Positions 28,376 through 42,886 of a stretch of DNA of 64,000 nucleotides are shown here, piece after piece. Source of the stretch: Phallusia mammillata. Taxonomy: Eukaryota. Position numbers and translations under genes: made by a program. Every line of letters starts with the position of its first letter. Position 1 is the first letter of the stretch. The notes beneath the pieces are model-generated. The model was given only the letters and a program-made list of their open reading frames with translations, was not told the DNA's origin and ran no database searches. The stretch covers positions 20,026,001 to 20,090,000 of the forward strand of contig OZ281495.1 of NCBI GenBank assembly GCA_965637545.1, in the 5' to 3' direction.

Positions 28376-29713
28376 ATGTCATATCCTATCGTTAAAGTAA
28401 AAAAAAGTGAATTCGTTACTTCTGCAATGGATGACTTTGTTCGTTATGACGTGATATGTTTGGGAACTGGATTTGTCGAATGTGTTTTGGGCGGAATTCT
28501 GTCGACCGAAGGCAAGCAGGTGTTGTTTGTGGACAGAGAGCGATTTTGCGGAGGAGCTAACGGGTCGATTTGTTCCCTTGCTGAACTTGAGATAAAATTT
28601 CCACAACAAAACAGTTGTAGGCCTATATGTGATGAGGAATTCGCATTTGATTTGGTGCCAAAGTGTTTTGTCGGGCGCGATAGGATGGTCCGTTTGTTAG
28701 AATATATTGGAGTGGATGTAACACAACTTACACAGAGGATTCACAACAACTACATTTATATTGAAGACAAATTAATGCCTGTTAGGCCAGACAACTTACA
28801 TTTTCTAGTTGAAGGGGAACAAGTTAAAAGCCTAATTGAATTTGCTAAATCATGTCGCGTGTCAAACGGAATAGCAACATACAGACAGACAGAAATCGAC
28901 TGCAACGAATCTGTTTCAAAACTGCTGAGAAGCTTCAAGGTAACAAGTGAAAAAAGTAGAAGGTATGTGATTCATGGACTCGGTGGAGGAGGGTCAAGCA
29001 GCCAAGCGCAGACCAGTGGCCAACTCATTGATCGCATAAAACGGTTTTGCGAGGGCCGACCACACCAGCCCACTTCTTGCCACTATCCCCGTTACGGACT
29101 GGGCGAAATGACTCAACAAATTCTGAAGTGTGTCCAGAAACGTGGAGGAAGATGTATGCTAAACAGGCCTGTTAGCAACATCCAGAAAAAGAGAGGCGGT
29201 TATGTGTACTTGAGCGCACGCGATCTGAAGGCAAAGGCACCAGTCATTGTTGCCGATCCTTCATACTTTCCAGAATTGGTAAAAGTGCAAGGTCGAGTTG
29301 TTAGAGGAATCGCCGTCCTCAATCATCCTGTCCCGAACACTTCAAAAAGCAAATCTTGTACCATAGTTGTGCCACGACATAATGGTGACAGCAACTTTAC
29401 CATAAACGTCTTTGGTGAAGATCACAATATGGCGCCAAAGAGCAAGTTTGTGGCTTACGTCAGTGCTGCTGTACAAACTGAAAATCCTCAAAACGAAATT
29501 CAGGCCGGGTTTAATCTGTGCGGTGATGCCTTAGCCAAATATACCTACGTTACAAATATCTCCAAACAGATTGATAACGAAAATGAGCACCATATATTTG
29601 TTTCCAACAGTTTCGATGCCTCTGCTGATTGGGAGTCTGTGTGTGATGACGTCATGCGTTTGTACCAACGTATCACCGGCAAAATGTTCACATTCCTACC
29701 TACTAAATTGTAA
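28376..29713 (+). CDS. Intronless, divergent Rab GDP-dissociation-inhibitor-like protein (445 aa), probable retrogene
   Basis: One uninterrupted ORF with GDI-family blocks: YDVICLGTGFVECVLGGILS..GKQVLFVDR..CGG, DLVPK, YPRYGLGEM..GG..MLNRPV, ADPSY, NHPVPNT and IFVSNSFDAS..ESVCDDVMRLYQRITG. Confidence 0.9.
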   Translation: MSYPIVKVKKSEFVTSAMDDFVRYDVICLGTGFVECVLGGILSTEGKQVLFVDRERFCGGANGSICSLAELEIKFPQQNSCRPICDEEFAFDLVPKCFVGRDRMVRLLEYIGVDVTQLTQRIHNNYIYIEDKLMPVRPDNLHFLVEGEQVKSLIEFAKSCRVSNGIATYRQTEIDCNESVSKLLRSFKVTSEKSRRYVIHGLGGGGSSSQAQTSGQLIDRIKRFCEGRPHQPTSCHYPRYGLGEMTQQILKCVQKRGGRCMLNRPVSNIQKKRGGYVYLSARDLKAKAPVIVADPSYFPELVKVQGRVVRGIAVLNHPVPNTSKSKSCTIVVPRHNGDSNFTINVFGEDHNMAPKSKFVAYVSAAVQTENPQNEIQAGFNLCGDALAKYTYVTNISKQIDNENEHHIFVSNSFDASADWESVCDDVMRLYQRITGKMFTFLPTKL

Positions 29714-30035
29714 CTGACGTTTGTGAATTCTATATAGCTTACAATTTCACTTCTGTATCGTATTTTACTTATCCTTTTCCAAAATTACGCGGAATCCGAA
29801 CAAAAATCACGTTTATTGTCTTGTAGTAGGTCAGTGTTTACGATTTTTTGCAAAAACGAACTTGATAAATAAGATTGGAGTCTCGTTTTGGCCATTGGAA
29901 CTGATGAGCGGCCTCGGTCTGACCATAGAAGTTCTGAGATATAAACACATGTTTTGTCGATATCGAATCATCCTACTGCATGCAAGAACAAGTTACAAAA
30001 CATAAATAAACAGTCTACAGACTACTACAAATGGG

Positions 30036-30874
30036 CTATGTCCATACATAAAATAAGTCAGTCAAAACTTCAATCTCGTTCACCTTTTCAATATTTAAAG
30101 GTGGCAGTTTTGGGAGTGCAGACGTTTGAATATCCACCCACTTTTGTAGCATGTGATACCGATCAACGTAATCTGTCCTCATCAACGACGTGTCGGTTAC
30201 GAATTCGCGTTTATAGTTTCGAGGTTGCGGACCAATTGGGACTGCGTTGAGCAGATGTATGTTCTTTCGGTACAAAAGTTGTACACGCTAATATTATCAG
30301 CTAAAACTACACATTATTTAAATAAACAATCCTTGCCATGATATTTTCGAGTTCCTTTTTGCGATGTTGGTAAACTGTAGTGGTAGTTGTGGGTGACAAC
30401 TTCCCAAATGAAGCCTGAGCAATGCTTTGAGGATATTTTGTTTGAGTTCGATGGAATATCTGCAGTTGTAAGTTGTAAATTAGCATAAAGAATGCAAGAA
30501 AATAAAATTAAATCACCTCTGCGGGGGCCAATTCAAACCTTTTCGTTTTTCGCACAGAACCGACAGGCCTGCCAAGTTCGAAGCATTCGTGGTATGTTGT
30601 AGTTTTAGGTTCCTGCAAAAGTACTGCATCATGTCATTAAGTTTCGTAAACCTTAGATGATATTGAAAACAACTAACATTATTGTCCCTCTGATGTCTAT
30701 GTATACATCATTTATACCTACTCGAACAGTGCATTTCGATTTTTCACATTTGCAAATACAAACAGAAGGGTTGTTCGTTAGCAAAGCCAAGAAAAGTTTT
30801 ACCTGGTAATGTCCAAGTACGACACTTGTGCGTGCGACACTGCTTGTATTCACCCGAGGTCGATTTAGTGCCAT
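30036..30874 (-). CDS. Small uncharacterised protein (~172 aa), possibly an axonemal microtubule-inner-protein type
   Basis: Four phase-0 exons: 30874-30803, 30612-30517, 30459-30337 (needs a GC donor, GCAAGG) and 30263-30036. Short motifs TTTYHECF, TTTTVYQH and DTSLMRTDY recur. The function is inferred from the motifs only. Confidence 0.55.
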
Positions 30875-31125
30875 CACTTTTGCTTTTAAAATTAACGAGA
30901 TTGTTAAAAAGAAAGCAAGCCAAAAAATCAACCAAGTCATTACCATTAAAAAAAGGGAACAAATAGGCATTGTTTTGTCACAAATACAAACACAGATCCG
31001 AAAAACTTTCATTGGTTTGTATTTTTGGTGCATTCAGTAATCAAGTACCGGTAATAAGTCATTTGTCCTCCCAGACGTGGGACGTAAATTTTAGGGAAAT
31101 TGCTTGAAAGTAAGTTAGGTTTAAA

Positions 31126-31238
31126 ATGTCGCAAATATCCAGTTCCGTGACAACTGCTGAACAAAATGGCCAATCAGTTGGAGATCAGGTTCCCAAGGAC
31201 AATCGTCGTCGCAGAAGAAGACGTCGCACTAGGGCTGT
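31126..31238 (+). CDS. Putative alternative 5' coding exon with a poly-Arg tract, in frame with the Sp17-like gene
   Basis: ATG at 31126 gives MSQISSSVTTAEQNGQSVGDQVPKDNRRRRRRRRTRA and ends at a GTAAGT donor in phase 2. The acceptor at 32086 continues in frame as VDYEEMSVRY. Confidence 0.55.
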
Positions 31239-32102
31239 GTAAGTACAAGCCCTGTTTCGTAGAAGGGAGAATTTGTGAAGTTATTTCTTAATTACAGTGT
31301 CATACCTATTACAAACAAGCTGTGATGTTAGTGCAGTTTTGTCGTTACGGTCTATCGCGTTGCCATCAGTAATACTGGGCGTGATTTACAAAAGGATTCC
31401 AGTCTCTAGTTTCACACAGAACAATAAAAGCAACGCGCGGCACTAAACCGCCATTCTGTACGAAAGCGGCTTCGGAGTAGCAAAGCAATAACAAATGTCA
31501 GTTTATTCAGAGCACGGTTTGCCTTACATAAAAAATCTTTTTTAAGCACTTTTTTAACTATATGCCACGTGAGTCTTGTAAACTAGGAAAACTTTAGTGT
31601 ATGAACATTTCTACAAGTTGATGTTATGGTGATCCCAAACTGATAGAGCAAGCGTTTTATAGTTCATGTTGTACCAATACCTTTGACAGAACAGGCTACC
31701 ACATGTTTAGTGGTTCCAAAAAACGTCGTTATCAGGCAGTATAATTTAATAGCAGACGGGGTAAATAAACGCAGTTTGGCCGTAGTCTCATCTGTTGATA
31801 CACCTACCATGATCTGGCCGCCATGACAACGCGTGTAAACAACTCGAGTATGGTGAGGCCTTCAGCTGTCGCATGTCTTGTCTTGATCGGCTATAGACAG
31901 GGTTCATCACGCCTTACACCCAACATCTTTTGTTGGTCCTAACCAAGTGTGTGTACATATAGTCAAGTGCTGCGTTGACGTGATTTAATAAGTTCCATTA
32001 ATGGTTCGAAAACTAGTCAGATAACATTTTCAAAAAAGTCAGTCTTATTATTGAAAAACTTTACGGTAAGCTATTTTGTTTGGCAGGGTTGATTACGAAG
32101 AA

Positions 32103-35100
32103 ATGTCTGTGCGTTACGGTGCAGTAAAGCTGCAGGTACCGCCTGGCTTTAAACAACTGCTTGAAAACTTGTCACGTGAGGTGCTGCGTGAGCAACCGAA
32201 AAATATTCCTCGCTTTGCAGCAGCGTACTTTAATCGCCTGTTGGAGAGAAGGGAGCGTAAGTAAATGTTTTCGCTTGGACACCATAAAAGAAATGTGTAA
32301 TATATATTTTTATGGCTGTAGAGGGCTACGCCGATGGGTTCCTTGTATCGGAGCGAATAGTGGAAAGTGCTCCATCTGCAGAGGAGGCAGCACAGAAAGA
32401 GGAGGAAACATCTGTTGTACAGGTTGCTTCTCCACAGGTTGAAAGTAAACCTGCACCTGCTGTCGCAGAAGAGGAAGAAATGCCCGACCTTAGTAAGACT
32501 AGTTGTTGGCTGTGGTTTGCTCCAAGCTACCATGGTCTACTAAACTGTCAATTATTTTTTAGACGATCCAGATGTTGAGAAGGCAGCGACATTAATACAA
32601 GCAAGTTTCCGCGGCTTCAAAATCCGAAAATCGGTTACACCCGATAAGGCTCCGGTGGGTATAGCTGTTTTTTGGTTTTATTTGTTGCTGTGTGTTTTGG
32701 TTTCGTTTTGGTGATTTGTTTTGTGTGTTGTTTGGATACTAAACTCTTCCAGACAAGCGCGGAAATCAAGCAACTGCAAACGCAACACGACGACGAACCG
32801 AGTACATCATTGGGCATCAAAGAGCAACATAGTCTTGCAAAACACTCCCTTATTAATGCGCTTTTGGAGGAGAGCAACGAGAATCTTACAGATGAAGTTA
32901 CGCCAACCGAATCTCCAGTTCAGTCGTCTGCGCTTGTTGAGGAAATGGCTGCTGGACTTGAGGAACAGGTCGAAGAGATGGCATCTCCTACTGTCGAATG
33001 TGGGATGAGCGAAGCAGAAGAAGTTGTGGTCGAGGCCGCTGCAGTAGTAACGGTGGGTTAAAAACATCGTTTACAAACAGTTCAAACAACGATGTAAGAA
33101 ACGTTGTTGGTGCAAAAAGATCGTTTTCGAATAGGTTGTTTTTTTTGCGGAGGAGAGCAAAGTAACATTGTAAAACTAAATGTCTAGTAAATACATATGT
33201 TCAATGTTTGTTGTTTAGGAAAGTGCCCCAGAACGCACACCATCACCAGAAGATGTGCCAGTTGAAGGAGCTAAGGTAATTTAGGAAAAAAAGATATACC
33301 TGACCCGTAACACCAGTTAAATTTATAGAAAGTTAAAAAACTTTCTAAATATATTTAAAAACGCTAGAATGTTTTGTTTCTTTTTCAGAACCCCCATAAC
33401 TAATGTTTTCACGATAAATGCAAACTATCCCAGTGGTATGGGTTGTTTGGGTATTATTTTTTGGTTGTAGTGGTGTGACCTTGTTTCGTTTGGAGTTCAG
33501 TGTGTGATATTGAATTAAATATTTGTAGCACGACATCACCAAAACAAATGACCCAGTCACAGTTTTGGCATCAGAAGTTGTTTCGCGAGCTCAGACCTCT
33601 GTTAACTACGGTTCAAGTTCGAGCAGTTTTGGAAGCAGCACTGCATCATCAGGCACATTGGACGCGGAATCTAGCGGGGGGAGCGCAGAAACCGTTAACG
33701 TGGAAGTTAAGTTAGTGGAGACCGAAGTAGAAGAGGTCAAGGCAAATTTAATCGCAGAAGCTTTGCCGACTATGGGAGTTAACCTAATGACAGGAGTGGA
33801 AATTAGTATAACACAGCCATCTGCAATGAACTTTGGTACGAAAAAAAGCGATTCAGAGATTGAAAAATCTGAGTCTGTAGATGTAGAAGAATGTGCAGAG
33901 GCAACCGAAAGCGGGGTTTCTCCATCACAGCCAATAGAGGAAATCTTAGAGGCAGAAACAGACCCCATAGAGGAATTAACAATCGAAGAATGGCCACCTA
34001 AAAAGCAGGATTTCGATGAAAATGCTGCGGATAAAAGCAAAGAAGATCAGACCGTCACAGATTTAGAAGTAACTGAAACAGTTGTAGAAAACACAGAAAT
34101 ATATGAAGCAAAGGAACAGCTTGCTCAGATGGACGAAAAGCCAGAAGCACAAGAAGAGGAAATTTTACCAGTCGAGGAGGCTGCTGTTGTTAAAGAAGAA
34201 TCGACAGAGGCAGCAGAAGTTGATGAGGATAAATCTATACAAGGTGAGGTTTCTTACTCTCAACCAGACCCTGATGTCGCAACAGAAGATGTCACGTCAA
34301 CAGCGGAGGAGTCAACAGAAGCGAGGGCCGTGATAGTCGAACAACAAGGGAGCGAGGAAGCAGTCGTTCAGGATGAATTTACTGCGTCCAAGGAAGTTTT
34401 CCAAGAGAGCAGGGAACATGAAAATGAAGAAGAGAGTGCGCCACTAGAAGTAGCAGTCCAGGAGACCGAGGTTGCTGTCGTAGAGACCATATGTGAGACA
34501 GAGGAAACCATATGTGAGACCGAGAAAGTTGACGAAAAGCTTGAACCACCACTGGAGGAGGAATCTGCTCCAGTTGAAGCTGTCGAAGAGACAGTTGCTG
34601 TTGAGAAAGCTGCGGTAAATGAGGCAGAGGTTGTTCAGGATGAGTCTTCGACAGTGGAGTTAGGACAGACGAAAGAAGCATCATCAGAAAAAGTTGAAGA
34701 GGTAGTAGTGTCAGAGGAAGAAGCAGTTATGTCAGAAGAGGTAACAAAAGACGCAGTTGAAGATGTCCCAGCACAGGAAGAAGTGATGACTGAACTTGTG
34801 CAGGAAGCTGAGGAGTCACAACCTAACGCAGTTGCTGAAAATGCGAGCGAAGAGGTAGAAAAAGTTCTTTTAAGTTTAAAATCATAGGCATATTGTCAAA
34901 ACATTAATAATATTCTGATACAAAAAAATTATTGCAGAACGACAAGCTCCCCGAAACGGTTGCCGGAGAAAATGAAACAGGTACTAACAATTTATCACTT
35001 TGTAGGTAGGCTTATGCTCATTCAGATTTATGCCGATACGTCTCGTCTAGTATACATCCGTTTCTAAGCACTATGTCTAAAGTTGTTTTATATATACATT

Positions 35101-36130
35101 TATCTGTTTTACAGCAGCCGAAACGAAGGATGAAAAAGAGAGCCCAGCAGATCCAGAAAATGTGGAGGTAACTTTTCGAAACAAGGTGGCATAAACACTA
35201 AAATACTAACACCTTTCTGTGTAATAGGCTGAAAGCAAAGAGGTCGTTGCAGAAACTGAGACGGCGCCGGTAGATACAGGCGTTATTGCTGAAACAGAAC
35301 AAGTTGAACCAAAAGCGGAAGAACCAGCCTCCGAGTCACAACCCGAAGAACTACAATCCACAGAGCAGCCAGCAGAAGAAGCACCTGTGGAAGAGAAATC
35401 AGCAGATGAACCACCAGCTCCGGGGCAACTAACTGCAGAACCACCAGTTCCAGAGCAACCAGCAGAAAATCCACCAGTTACAGAGCAACCAGAAGAAGAA
35501 CCAACAGTTTCAGAGCAACCAGCAGAAGAACCAACAGTTTCAGAGCAACCAGCAGAAGAACCACCAGTTACAGAGCAACCAGAAGAAGAACCAACAGTTT
35601 CAGAGCAACCAGCAGAAGAACCAACAGTTTCAGAGCAACCAGCAGAAGAACAACCAGTTGATGAGCAGCCAACGGAGGAACCATCAGCGGAGAAACTGTC
35701 ACCGGAAACACAGGCAGAACCCATAACTGAAGCTGCGGTCGAGGAAAGTGCCCCCACTGAAGCACTGGATGCACAAGCACCAGACGAGGTGCAGGTTGAT
35801 CCAGCGACTGGGGCGAATGATACGGCAGAGGCAACAGACGAGAAGACGGCCGAATCTCAAGAAGTGCCAGAAGTTAAGGACGACGTGGATGGTGCAGCGA
35901 CACAAAAAGATGACCCTGCTTCAGAATCACAACCAGAGGAAGAAAAACCATCAACGGAAACTCAAGTGGCAGAAGAAGAATCTACGCCCACAGTCGAAGA
36001 ACAGCATGAAGCGCCAAAGGAAGAACCCAATGACACCGCACCTGAACAACAAACTGAAATAGCAAAAGATGAGACTCAACAAAAACCTGACGGAGAAAAA
36101 GTGGAGCCGGCCCAGGATGCGACGGAATAA
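32103..36130 (+). CDS. Sp17-like protein: RIIa dimerisation/docking domain + IQ motif + very long Glu-rich tail (~1030 aa)
   Basis: Exons 32103-32256, 32322-32492, 32563-32654, 32753-33052, 33219-33275, 33529-34854, 34939-34981, 35115-35167 and 35228-36130 are phase-compatible. The N-terminus MSVRYGAVKLQVPPGFKQLLENLSREVLREQPKNIPRFAAAYFNRLLERRE is an Sp17/ropporin-type D/D domain, and AATLIQASFRGFKIRK is an IQ motif. Confidence 0.85.
35451..35670 (+). repeat. Coding 30-bp tandem repeat (EQPAEEP[T/P]V[S/T])
   Basis: About 7 copies of CAGAGCAACCAGCAGAAGAACCAACAGTTT in the last exon of the Sp17-like gene. Confidence 0.9.
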
Positions 36131-36483
36131 TGCAATGATAGTTCAGTGTTTTTCTTGTTAATAAAAGAGAGTCTATTTTCTAAAATACTTTTTTTAAATT
36201 ATTTATTTGCGTCACCTAAAATTCGTACCACCATTAACTTTTTTCCCACAATAATCTTCAAAGGCACTCAAGTCTCCAAAGTGAAAAGAGGTCGATTGAA
36301 AGAAAAAGAAAATTGCATGATAAATTTTAAGAACACCGAAATTCAACAACAAAAATGGCTCGCAAGTGTTAAGTAACAATAAATTGCACGTTACTCAAAT
36401 ATGATTAAATTAGTCAAGTGCGCGTCATGTAAATACGATTAACACCTAATACAAACACGATGTTTGAAATGAAATCACGATCT

Positions 36484-40085
<3,602 letters not shown>

Positions 40086-40728
40086 TATCAAACTTAAAAA
40101 TGTTATGTTTTATTGTTTCAAATATATCTAGTAAGAATAAAAATAAGCTCACAGTGAAATAAACTGCTGACTAATCTGGCCACTAGTTGCAAATGATAGT
40201 AAAAAAATGTGTGTTGTAATAGGTTTTCACCAAGTTAAAAATTAAGAAAGTTTGTTTGCACAACACAAACAAACCTTGTGAAACACAAACATATTTGAAC
40301 ACAACCACAATCACAGAATATTGTACGAATATAGCAAACAAAAACTTTTAATACAGGCCGAATTCTATGTTGAAAGTAAGCATGTTTGTATTAGTACGTG
40401 TTGACACAAAATTGTTTTGCTTAGTGCAACTGGATTGTGCTACAAAGTCTAACTCTGATTTAACATCTCATGTTTTATTGTGTGATATACCAAATCGAAG
40501 TTGCTCTATAGAGTTTAACCCAATTAAACATGATGCCATTTAAAGTAACAATGATCATAATGAACTCAGGTGTGATTCCCACCTCTGAAAATAACAAAAA
40601 AAGCACAACCAGCAACACACAAGAACACATACACAAATCAAGCTACAATTGCCTTGCTGTTAAGTCACATTAACATGTAAAGAAACATCTTGCAAAAGAA
40701 TTTTGAAATATATAATATAATAAAGTGA

Positions 40729-42002
40729 TCATAATGAATCTCCAACATAAAGCAATGCATCAATAAGATTTCCGCCACAATGTTTTAGTCCACGAATTGC
40801 TTTATTTCTGTCAACATTTAGCTGTTTCACAATTGTGTCAATATCACCAATATGCATTCCTTTTTCAGACTCTTGTGCTTCACCAACTGCCTGAAATACA
40901 TGCACAGCCAACCTAAGTTATTTTGTTTTGATAGACACAGTAAGGATGCATTTACAAGTTAATCAGCAGGAAAAAAACAATAACGATACATGTAAGTTGA
41001 ACTATACTAACAAAGTCAAAATTAACTCACCATAAATTGCCTAATCTTCATTCTGAAGACAATATCAGAAACATTGTCTTCATTTACCACTTTGCCTTTT
41101 GCAATTAGGTTAAGACTATCAAGATGTATAAGAAGCTCCTCAGATATTATGTTTAAAATACACTTGGGATTCAGGAGAGTTTGTGGAATCAAAACACAAT
41201 GCTTTTCATGATTGTGTTTGATGAACAGCTTCACTGGCTGATTCTGGCTTTGCATATTGTTCTTTTTGTCCAAAAAGCTGTCTTTTTCTTTCTTTGTACA
41301 TTTTAGCTTATGAACTGTCCAATCTTTTATTTGGCACGACTTTGAACTAAACATTAAAAGCACAGGAAACCATATTGGGTTACATAAAAAACTATGTCAT
41401 TAAACGCAACTATAAAATATTATTTATTGACGAAAAACTCACCAATAGATGACTGCTTTGCATTGAACGCATCTTTTCATACATCGATCAGTTAAACCAG
41501 TGGTTCCCAACCGACGGTCCGCGGACCGGTGCCGGTCCGCGTGAATATTTTGCCGGTCCGCAAATTATCTTACTTTATGCCAAGCTACTTTTTGAAATGA
41601 AATGATAAGTTGGCCTATTGCAAAGTTTTGGGAAGGGGAAAACTCATTTTATGCTTGTCTGTAAAACTGTGGTAGCTCTCCACCGTTGATCCCGCAAAAT
41701 TGTTTAATAAAGCTTTTGTGACGTTTGTGATTGTTTTGTCATAAACTGCGTGTAGTATTCAACATTTGGGTTGAGTTGATGGCCGTTTGGTTGCAATTTT
41801 TTGTCCTATATACATAGGATATGACTAAATCTTGCATTATGTCGCGCAACGACAATTATGGTGAACAAAAAGCTCACAAACATCTGTTACATTCACCATA
41901 AGCTTTTGTTGCCGGTCCGTGGATTTTTTTTTAATTTTTGCCGGTCCCACGGTGTAGAAAGGTTGGGAACCACTGAGTTAAACCACAAACCGAGGAAGAC
42001 AT
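40729..42002 (-). pseudogene. MYND-UBL-UBA gene, copy A, disrupted by a MITE in coding exon 1
   Basis: Same exons as 50762-51529, but the first MYND Cys is Ser (ATG TCT TCC TCG) and the 41498-41975 MITE sits between the G-L-T and DRCMKRC codons. Confidence 0.8.
41498..41975. mobile_element. hAT MITE, inserted after the duplication (copy A only)
   Basis: TIRs CAGTGGTTCCCAACC / GGTTGGGAACCACTG and TSD AGTTAAAC. The empty site is present in copy B at ~51503-51510. Confidence 0.92.
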
Positions 42003-42104
42003 GCTTTTTGCAAAACAAACTAAGCAATAATTTGAGCATGTATTCTTCATGCAACCACAAAAACCTTTGAGGGGAAACCCCCTCAGTATTTTATCACTTT
42101 GAAA

Positions 42105-42345
42105 CAGGGAGTCGAACCGTAGCTGAACACGAACCTGAAAACCCGTTTGCGCGGTTCAAACCCGACCGTAGGCTACACAACGATTTCCTTGAAAAAAACG
42201 TTCAGGTTTAAGAAAAGTAATTTACGGTTCGGGTTCAAATCGGGTCCGGTTCGTGCCAGGTTCGTGTCCAAATCGGATCCAGATCGGGTTTAATGAATTT
42301 TAAACTGGTTTGCGTGTTCGGGTTCAGTACCGGTTCGACTCCCTG
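42105..42345. mobile_element. hAT-like MITE (CAGGGAGTCGAACCG family) upstream of the MYND-UBL-UBA gene, copy A
   Basis: TIRs CAGGGAGTCGAACCG / CGGTTCGACTCCCTG. It is present in both copies, so it predates the duplication. No TSD was seen. Confidence 0.8.
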
Positions 42346-42886
42346 CATGCTCAGAATTATAAGACGCAAAATGTAATATCAGCATGGGAGAAAACTTCTT
42401 CAATGTTTAGCCTATTATACACAGATATAAACATACATTCTTCGATTGTAGTTAAAAATTGGCTAAATGCACCAGTAAGTTTTAGGTTAAAGTGTGATAA
42501 TTTCACATAATCTTGCTAGCCTTTTGTATTTGTTTTGCTAGTAGCCTACCGTCCGCAACACGTTAGCCGACAAAGTTGTTTACGCGGACAATTCAACTGT
42601 AGGCTACTTTAAAAGCTGTCTGTTTGGCATTGAGCTGTTTCAATCTATAACTAACCAAGACTAGGTTAGGCCTAAGAATTGAAGTTTGTTGGTAAAGCGT
42701 TAAAATCATCATACACAAAACCAAGCACAATTTCAGCCGTGGTCTACGTCATAAAATGCAGTTTGGAGTAGTTTGGATAATGGTAAAATACTTCTGTCAT
42801 TAAATGGTATTGAATAAGAAAACGCGTAGGATTAAACATCGTAATACAATAACCTTCTTTGCTCTATTTACCAAAAATCGGTACAA

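Noticed and set aside
28376-29713. Horizontal transfer as the origin of the intronless ORF
   Set aside because: Rab-GDI is a eukaryotic family, so retroposition is the simpler explanation.
33606-35905. Minus-strand ORFs rich in Ser/Leu/Val (e.g. 33606-34040, 35206-35757, 35568-35834)
   Set aside because: They are antisense shadows of the Glu-rich exons and the 30-bp repeat of the Sp17-like gene.
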